From Octopus sinensis (taxonomy: Eukaryota), in the NCBI RefSeq assembly GCF_006345805.1, contig NC_043005.1:81592001-81656000 (forward strand): a stretch of DNA of 64,000 bases, in the 5' to 3' direction. The position numbers were made by a program, and so were the translations under genes. The notes below the pieces were generated by a model, which was given only the letters and a program-made list of their open reading frames with translations, had not been told where the DNA came from and ran no database searches. Below, piece after piece: positions 54,906-64,000 of the stretch; the stretch's first letter is position 1; every line of letters begins with the position of its first letter.

Positions 54906-55784
54906 AAATAATAATAATTATTATTACTATTATTATTATTATTAAGGCGGTAAGCTGACAAAATCGTTAGCACACCGGGCAAAATGATTCGCGGCATTTC
55001 GTCTGTCTTTACGTCCCGAGTTCAAATTCCACCGAGATCGACTTTGCCTTCCATTCTATCGAATCAAAAAATTAAGTATCAATTGCGTACTGCGATCAAT
55101 CTAGCCGACTGCGCTCCCCCTTCCTCAAAATGTCAGGACTTGTGGCTATAGTAGAAAAAGATTAGTATTGTTGTTGTTGTTGTGGCTGTTGCTGCTGCTG
55201 CTGCTGTTGTCATTTGCTACCTAAAAAGTAACAAACTTCCCTTGGTGTAAGATATATCGACAATATTTGACATTTTAAAAGGATCACTCTTTGACAGGTG
55301 AAGTGGCTATATGTCAAAGCGATACAAACATTTTATTTTCCGTGCAATGATGACTTGTTCAAAATATCATTTTTTCCTGCACAGCTATTCTCAATCTCTA
55401 ACTTCTGCATCGTGTTGTATGACATGTATTACTTTAGATTATATATATGAGACACTTAAGTGGGTTAATCTGTCAGATGGAATGTTACCTATTTGCAATA
55501 TGCAATCTTAACATCTGCTTTTATTTTCCAGTTCTACGGAGGTGTCGGAAGAAGAATCTATAAAATATATTTATGATTGCTATAACATCTTGGATTCTGT
55601 CTTATATAGAGTGTGTACTGTTGAATCAATCTCTCAGTAAATATCCCTGTGCTACTTATAAGATGCTGTGACACCACTCCAGAATAAATATATTGAAAAG
55701 TTTTGAATTCCAATGAAAATGCATACACAATTTCTGGATAGATACAGACATGCATTAATACATACCAACATATATACGTAGATC

Positions 55785-55833
<49 letters not shown>

Positions 55834-58316
55834 ATGTATGTATGTATGTATGCATGTATGTGTATATGAATGTTTATGTAAACAAAAACAAGACATCGTT
55901 GGCTTCAAAAATCCAAAGTGGACTCATAGTAAATTATACCGTTATCTCAAGAGGCATTCTGAAGTTGGAAAGATAAAAGTTTTTATTAAGGAAAATCCAT
56001 TTTTTGTGTTAGCAAAAGTTTTCCAAAAGTAGTTATCATCTAATCGATCGGACACCAAATTGTCAATACTACGTAATCACATCTTCTAAATAATTTGAAA
56101 TGTGTGATAAGCAATCTTCGTTTTCTATTTCTCATTGTGTCATGTAATGTAGTGGGCAATTCGGAGTGTGAGGATCTACGAGGCAGATATCTATTGCAAT
56201 AGATAGAAATATACTCTTAGATTTATCACAATTTGATAGAATTATAATTTCATATAAAATTCTGATTTTCTATCTGGTTTGGAAGAATGATATCATTGTA
56301 CATGGGACGATCATTACGCCAATAATATACACAAGCATTGGCTCTCTTTCACAATTATTATTGTTGATCAAACATTCAACTATTTAATAAATTATCTAAT
56401 TGTTTGATTAAAACTTTCGTTCTCTCCACTTTATGTGTACTTCAGGGGATTATCGGCTATTGCGTAAAAGTTAGCTAATAACAAAATTCCAAATCACCAA
56501 GGGTTTAGCACGTTCAGTATTCTTATTAAAGTACACAACGGGCTATTCTATTTACCGCATTGAAACAAAAATGAAAGAAGTGCTGGCGTGGCTGTGTGGT
56601 AAGAGATTCGCTTCCTGACAACATAATTCCGAATTTAGTCACATGACTAACACCTTGGGCAAGTGTCTTCTACTATAGCTGATACATAATTATTTCTATG
56701 ATTGTGTGTGTTTTGTGTATGCATAACATCAGTGGAAACGGAGCAGTGAAATTGGTTGTGTGATTGCATCTACGTAGATCGAAAAAGAAATTACATTCTA
56801 GATTGAGTAAAGGATTTCCATGAAAATATATAAATAATTCCATAAACAAGGAAGTCTAAATATTTAATGAATATTAAATGGTTGCCAAATAGAAATAGGA
56901 CACGATGACATAGGGCGATGACAATAGGGACGATGACATATTAAAATCCCAAGCTATTTCGATCTCGGATGCTTAGGAAAAGGGAGAATCCTTTATATTT
57001 TGAGTATAACGTAACTTATTTCCTTATTGGTGAAGTTTTATTGAATTTTATTATTTATTGATGCAGACAGTCACTATTTTTCTGGAGTTAAATAATGATT
57101 GTATTGAGTACAAATAAGTCTAGGAACATATAAAACAGATCTCAAGGAATTGAATTTCGCCAGAAAAAAAATTGATTAAAAACTAAGTGGATAATACAAG
57201 AGAGATTTCTTGAATTTATGTCTCCGGTATTGCAAGATGCCTTTGGTTATTATGGCGATTTTTATTTTGTTTTGGTAATGGCTCATATTAGCGAAGCATT
57301 TTACCATTCACAGAGGATTCGGTATTGAAAGTAAAATGGAAAAACAAAAATCACTTTGTAAGCAACGAAGAAAACACACGAGAAAATTGGCTAAGTTAAT
57401 CAAGTGTGTAAAAATCCAATCGGAAAATTTGTAATTTTTCTTTCATATCGTATGTACTTTTTTCCTTTTTTAGTGAATTAACATTCTTTTGTGATGAATC
57501 ACTTGGGGCTAAGCTTATTTCTTCGCATCAGACTTTAATCAAATTTTGAATTTGATGAGAGAGAAAAAAATGAAACGAACTTGTCTGGTATGTAATTTTT
57601 ATTTTTAATTCAAGAGGTAATATATTTAAGAGTAACTTAATAATAATATTAACAGTTGTAATAATAATGGTTTCAATTTTGGTACGCAGCCAAGGAAAAT
57701 AGTCGATTACCTCTACCCCAATAATTGAATGTTACTACATTTAACGACCCAGAACGCTTCAACAGCAAAATTGCCCTCTGCAATATATGAAATCAGAACG
57801 CAGGCAGTTAGAGGCAATGCCACCGAGGATGTTTACCGACATGCTAACGATTCTGCCTACTACTACTAATAATAATGATTTCAAATTTTGGCACAGACCA
57901 ACAATATCAGGGGTGGCAGTAAGCCTATTACATCGATCCCCAGTGTTCAAATAGTACTTTATTTTATCGTTCTACCAAGGACAAACAGCAAAGTCGACAT
58001 CGTTGGTGTTTGAACTCTGAACTTAAAGGGACAGAAGTAGCGCAAAGGATTTTTTCCTACGCGATAACGATTCTGCCAGCTCGCTGTCTTAGTAATAATG
58101 GTTTTAAGTTGTAGCACAAGGCCAGCAAGTTTGATGGAGAGGGAAGGTCGATTAGATCAACCCCAGTGCTCAACTGGTTCCTATTTTATTGACGCCGAAA
58201 TTATGAAATTCAAACTCAAGATCAGCGGGATTTCAACTCAGAACGTAAAGATGGACGAAATGTCTCTAAGCATTTTGTCCGACATGCTAACGATTTTGCC
58301 AGATCATAGCCTTCAC

Positions 58317-58376
<60 letters not shown>

Positions 58377-58378
<2 letters not shown>

Positions 58379-58737
58379 CCCAGCTAACAACAAAGTATGC
58401 GATAAGGAAGAAAGAAAAAGTCGAGAGTTATGACAGGTTAGCTTCGGAAGTTAAGTAGCTGAAGTCGATGTAAAAAGGTAGCAGTAGTACCAATAATTGT
58501 CAGAGCCCTGGGAACAGTGAGCAAAAGTACATAGAAGAAATAGGGGAGCACTTGCAGAAAACAGTACTGCTTGGAACCGCTCGAATACTCCGGAAGGTGC
58601 TCGAAAAATAAGAGGTGCTACCATAGTTCACTGGTAGTGAACAACTGACACTGTAGTACATCTCCAGCGATAGAAGCCGTGCAAAGGCAACAACAACAAC
58701 AACGACGACGACAATAATAATAATGATAATAATAACA
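58377..58737 (+). mobile_element. 3' end of an RLE-type non-LTR retrotransposon inserted in (AAT)n
   Basis: VVPIIVRALGTVSK and LQKTVLLGTARILRKVLEK*; 60-bp (AAT)n upstream and a (CAA)n(TAA)n tail. Confidence 0.8.
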
Positions 58738-59559
58738 ATTGCGGCAAAATCAGACATCGTTAAACAGAACTGAGTCGTAAAATCTCAACGAATTATTCCG
58801 AGCACATTGTTATATGAAAAACATTTATCACGTTTAGCACTTTTAGAAGTGTGTCATTTATTCCTTTCAAAATTAGAACAACCAGAAGGATAAATACACA
58901 TGTCTATATTGGTATTGACGGATTTCCTCTGCAGTTTCAAGAAATTAGATGTATTCGTGTGCGTAAACAATGTACAGGTTATACACACATTCATCGGTTG
59001 TAAAATTATTACATACATATTCGAGAGAAAGAAAAAGAATAACGCTTCATTTATTTTTTTCACCATGATAACGCTTCGTTTATTTTTTTCGCCATGAGCA
59101 GAGAAGATTACAAGAATGTATGTCTGTTTATATGTGTACGCGTGCTTGTGTGTGTGTACATACAAATGCATACATACACTGACACTTACATATACATAGA
59201 AGTATATAGGTGTATATATGCACACACACACACACACATATATAATTATATATATGTATGTATGTATATATGTACATATATATTTACGGTTGTACGCACA
59301 CACATACATACGCATGCACAAACACACACATATATGCCACACATACGTACATATATATGTGTATGTATGTGTGTGCGCGCGCATGTGAGTGTGTGTGTGT
59401 GTGATTGTGTCTGTGTATATACGGGAGTAAGTAAAAAATTATACGAACACTTGTTTCTGTAATTTATCAAAACAAAAGCAAGTGTTGAACGATTCATTAT
59501 TTTTCGAAAACATCTCCTTGCTTTTCGATACACATCTAGCTGTCCACTAGCTTACTTAC

Positions 59560-59640
59560 TGCATTGGGCAAATTACTTTCAGGAAGGCTGTACAAACATT
59601 TATGCACCGCTTCTAGCACTTCGTCCAGATAAGGTTTTCT
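59560..59640 (-). CDS. Candidate isolated 81-nt exon (RKPYLDEVLEAVHKCLYSLPESNLPNA), product unknown
   Basis: GTAAGT donor, TGTAG acceptor with a weak pyrimidine tract, phase 0/0 open frame. Confidence 0.3.
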
Positions 59641-60339
59641 CTACAGATTTTTTATAGAAATAGAAGTTATAGCCAGCACTCATTTGTTACGAGCTTTCAT
59701 TTCCGAAAACGTCTAACGTAAACAACAATGCGTTCGAAGATGGAAAAAAAGTCGAGGACGTATATACAGATTTTAGGAATTCTTGTCATCAGCACCACAT
59801 CTAATCAATTAACCATTCACAAAGACATCGCTTGTTATAACATTATCGGATACACCAATTTTACATATCAAACATGTACCTGGCAGCTTAGCTTGTATGT
59901 ACATATAAATGACCTGTAGAGACACCGCATTTCGTTATGCAACTCCAATATACTACAAGATTTATTAAACGCTTCATAAGCCAATACTGTGTTCTACTGT
60001 GTTAGCAGTGCTATTGAATCACATGTTAAGGCTATCTCTAGAGATATTATGTAAAATTTATAGCCAGCATTGATCTTTTAAGACGTCTAATGGAAGCAAC
60101 AATGTCATTGAAGATGTAATTAATACATGCCAAGCTGCTAGGGATGTGTTTAATATGTAAAATTGGTTTATTCAACAATGTTACACCGCTATATTTAGTG
60201 TTTGGTTAAGCAATGTCTCTGTGGATGTTTAATAAGCTGGGTGTGATACTGAAGAAGGAAGAACTCCTGAAATATGTATATACACCAATTATTTATTTTT
60301 CCATTTTCGATTCTTGTATATTCTTGTACAATGACGATG

Positions 60340-60600
60340 TACAATTATGGTTGGGAGGACATACTTTACATCAATCACCAACTGATAGAAACAAAATATC
60401 AGGACTTGCTCAACGATATACTTGTCAAGAGATGGCACATGGCTTCATTAATTATTGAAGTCACTTCCTGCAGCCTCCCAGTTTTTCTCCATAGGAGAGT
60501 GGCACAGAGCAAGAAAACTGAACAAAAAAGTTATTTACAAGGTAAGCTGCTGGCATTGAGAGGCCGAAGATGAAAGCCTTCTGCAGGCATAGAGTAATTC
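60340..60600 (+). mobile_element. Decayed RLE endonuclease fragment (HERO-like LINE)
   Basis: WEDILYINHQLIETKYQDLLNDILVKRWHMASLIIEVTS resembles the PWE....H..K..KY..L......W.....IEVG RLE motif. Confidence 0.5.
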
Positions 60601-60899
60601 AGGTAAAGGTTCAAAGGCTTTGACCCAGAGGTACCTGCTGATGATAACGAAGGTTTTCCGATACTGCGTTGGATTCAGTAGAGCTTACTATATATTTGAG
60701 TTGCACCAAAGATTTCTACGTAGGATAAAGGGTCTCTGAAGTATATTTTACCAAAACCATGATATGAGCTGGACATCACCTCCCAGAGAACGACATCTTT
60801 TCCTTAAAAGATGCCGCCAGTGATGCATATTATAACACCTGTGAGAAACAGCCCATAAAATTCGCCCATGTGTGGCAATACATATAATAAAAAAAAATA

Positions 60900-61166
60900 T
60901 ATATATGGCTATGCTATATATTTGTGTTTGTTTATGTGTGTACAAATATATGTGTGTATGTATTGCAATTGAGTTTGACCGCAATAAATGTGTATGTGCG
61001 TGCATATGCAATCGTGTATGACCACATTAAATGTGTATGTATATATATATACATACATACATATATATATATATATACAACTAATATATATGTATATATA
61101 TACATATATATATGTATATGCATACATGTATGTGTATATATATATAAATATATATGCATACATGTA

Positions 61167-61224
<58 letters not shown>

Positions 61225-61283
61225 TACATGTATGTGTATATATATATATATTATATATATATAAATATATATGCATACATGTA

Positions 61284-61333
<50 letters not shown>

Positions 61334-61342
61334 GCATACATG

Positions 61343-61382
<40 letters not shown>

Positions 61383-61398
61383 TATATGCATACATGTA

Positions 61399-61445
<47 letters not shown>

Positions 61446-62199
61446 GTACTTTGCCGCAATTAAGTAGTATATATAAGTATATAAAGTAAGTAGCTGTAAT
61501 TAATTTATGGGATGAGTTCAATTTAAGAGTAAATTCAATTTCAGATTCGATAGAAAGAAAAAACGAGAAAGTAGAATGATATTTTGATTTTCATATTAAT
61601 ATAAATAAATAAATAAACATAAATAAGAAATGAATAAAACAAAAAATGAAAACGTTAAAGAGGCCAGAACGAATTTAAATTTTACGTCATTGAAGAAAAT
61701 TACTGAAATAAAAAAAGAGAAAATTATAGCCATTAAGTCTTATTCCTGCAATAAGGATAATATTATTTATCAAACTTAAATGTAGAGAACCTACTTCTAA
61801 CGGAAATCTAGATTACCAACCAACTAACCTAGATACCTTTCCGCATATGGCTGTTTGTATCAAGATAGTGCTTGAACGTACATGCATACGTGCAAACACA
61901 CACACATACATACATACATACACAGATGCATACATATACACATACATACATACAGATATACATACATATGTGTATGTATATATATATGTATATATATGTA
62001 CATATATATATATAGACATATATACATAGACACAAAAACACACACCCATCCTTATACATGGACACCACAAACACAAACACAGATATATGTATGTATATGT
62101 ATGTATGTATGTATATATATATATGTATGTATATATGTATATATATGTATATATATATACACACACACACACACGTAAGTAATCGTGTAGACACTCATG

Positions 62200-62239
<40 letters not shown>

Positions 62240-62292
62240 TATAAATATATATATATACACATATAAATATATATACATGTATATATAAATAA

Positions 62293-62323
<31 letters not shown>

Positions 62324-62460
62324 CACGCACACACATATGTGTGTTTGTGTGAGTGCGACTCTGTGTGTGTGTCTGTGCGTGCGTGTGTGTGTGTTTGTAC
62401 GTGTGTGTGTGTTTGTGTGTGTGTGCGTGTGTACGTGGGTGTTCATGTGTGTGTAAGGTC
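60900..62460. repeat. Compound microsatellite blocks, including higher-order GCATACATGTATGTGT(AT)n units
   Basis: Direct reading of 60900-61440 and 61890-62460. Confidence 0.9.
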
Positions 62461-62818
62461 TTTGATAGCAAAATCTCTTATATACATGCAGCTATCAGAA
62501 ATGATAAGTTTACGCATGGAAAGAGATAAGTTTCTTCATAAGCCGTCAGGTTTTATTTGATGTATAAAATCAAGTTGGTTGAATAGGAATTAATGTGGAT
62601 TATCAAAAATGGTAAAAACAGAAATGGAAAAGTAGACGAACCACAACGAATCACAGACTTACGAACGATGAAAGAATACTCATACATACATAAATATTTC
62701 CATATGTGTGTGTCTTCATGTATGCACGTAAACGCAAAATTTATGTGTCCAGATGTATATATATGTAGGTATATCTCTCTCTCACTCTCTCTCTATCTAT
62801 CTATCTACCTATCCATGT

Positions 62819-62860
<42 letters not shown>

Positions 62861-62899
62861 CCATACATACATACATGTGTGTGCCTGTGTGTGTACACA

Positions 62900-62936
<37 letters not shown>

Positions 62937-63224
62937 AGGAATTTTTATCTATCAATGCGCAACTTATGTCTGCTGTCTACAATAATAGTCAATAATAGAA
63001 ATGAATTGTACCGAGGCGTATCACACAGTCTGTCCAGTAAACTGCTTACATTTTGAGAAAAGAAAATCGCTTACTCATGTTGTTTTGAAAGATATTTGAA
63101 TGACCACTCCCATTGTTTATCTAAATTATAGGGATTTGCACTTGGGCAGTTCAGTTTGTTATTCAGAGTTATCAACCAGAAGAAGCACTACCAGTTTGGG
63201 TGTGATACATAAAAAACATATACA

Positions 63225-63615
63225 TGCGCAGGAGTGGCTGTGTGGTAAGTAGATTGCTAACCAACCACATGGTTCCAGGTTCAGTCCCACTGCGTGGCAT
63301 CTTGGGCAAGTGTCTTCTGCTACAGCCCCGGGCCGACCAATGCCTTGTGAGTGGATTTGGTAGACGGAAACTGAAAGAAGCCTGTCGTATATATGTGTGT
63401 GCTTGTGTGTCTGTGTTTGTCCCCCTAGCATTGCTTGACAACCGATGCTGGTGTGTTTACGTCCCCGTCACTTAGCGGTTCGGCAAAAAAGAGACCGATA
63501 GAATAAGTACTGTGCTTACAAAAAATAAGTCCCGGGGTCGATTTGCTCGACTAACGGCGGTGCTCCAGCATGGCCGCAGTCAAATGACTGAAACAAGTAA
63601 AAGAGTAAAAGAGTA
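63225..63615 (+). mobile_element. SINE family 2, near full length
   Basis: GCGCAGGAGTGGCTGTGTGGTAAG head, B-box GGTTCAGTCC, central TG tract, AAAAGAGT tail. Confidence 0.88.
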
Positions 63616-63788
63616 TGCATACACACACATATACATACACACACACACAGGCATACGCACATAGAGTTCTATGTCAAAACCCAACATCTTCCAAGTTATC
63701 CGACAGAGCCAGCAAACAAGAAGAATGCTCGGCTGGTTTATGTGTATTTACGTTCGTGTGTGATCCTCTACTTGCATGCATATATATA

Positions 63789-63864
<76 letters not shown>

Positions 63865-64000
63865 AGTGTGTGTGTTAGCGTGAGTGTGTGTGTGTGTATT
63901 CGCTATTATATATATGGAAATTCATCATTTTCCTAGTAATTTGTTCCTAATTTAATATAGTAGAAAGAGATTTAAAATAAATTTGTCTGCTCCCTGTTGT

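Noticed and set aside
1299-63936. Numerous long ORFs rich in YI/IY/HT/VC/CV in the ORF track
   Set aside because: They are translations of (TA)n, (CA)n and (TACA)n microsatellites, which lack stop codons in some frames.

Overview
AT-rich, intron-like eukaryotic DNA dominated by (TA)n/(CA)n/(TACA)n/(TAA)n microsatellites and tRNA-derived SINEs. The repeat landscape suggests a cephalopod (octopus-like) genome; this is an inference. The one clearly supported host coding segment is a 198-bp minus-strand exon (6784-6981). It encodes loop A and the beta6-beta7 Pro-loop of a pentameric ligand-gated ion channel, with Glu in place of the first Cys-loop cysteine, so it looks like a Cys-less Pro-loop channel. 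Three small upstream minus-strand exon candidates (39905-39997, a 14-nt microexon at 28899-28912, and 26560-26601) splice into one open N-terminal frame. I could not find the expected beta1-beta2 exon or any transmembrane exons in the window. The rest is mobile DNA: two 5'-truncated CR1-like LINEs, three RLE-type LINE 3' fragments, mariner/Tc1/piggyBac fossils, several MITEs, a non-autonomous Helitron and multimeric SINEs with a fixed restart junction. There is also a ~590-bp near-perfect palindrome carrying half of a Penelope-type hammerhead motif, and several hairpins that would form intronic dsRNA. Almost all ORFs in the supplied track are microsatellite artefacts. No CRISPR array, rRNA or genuine tRNA gene was seen. 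Repeat boundaries are approximate.
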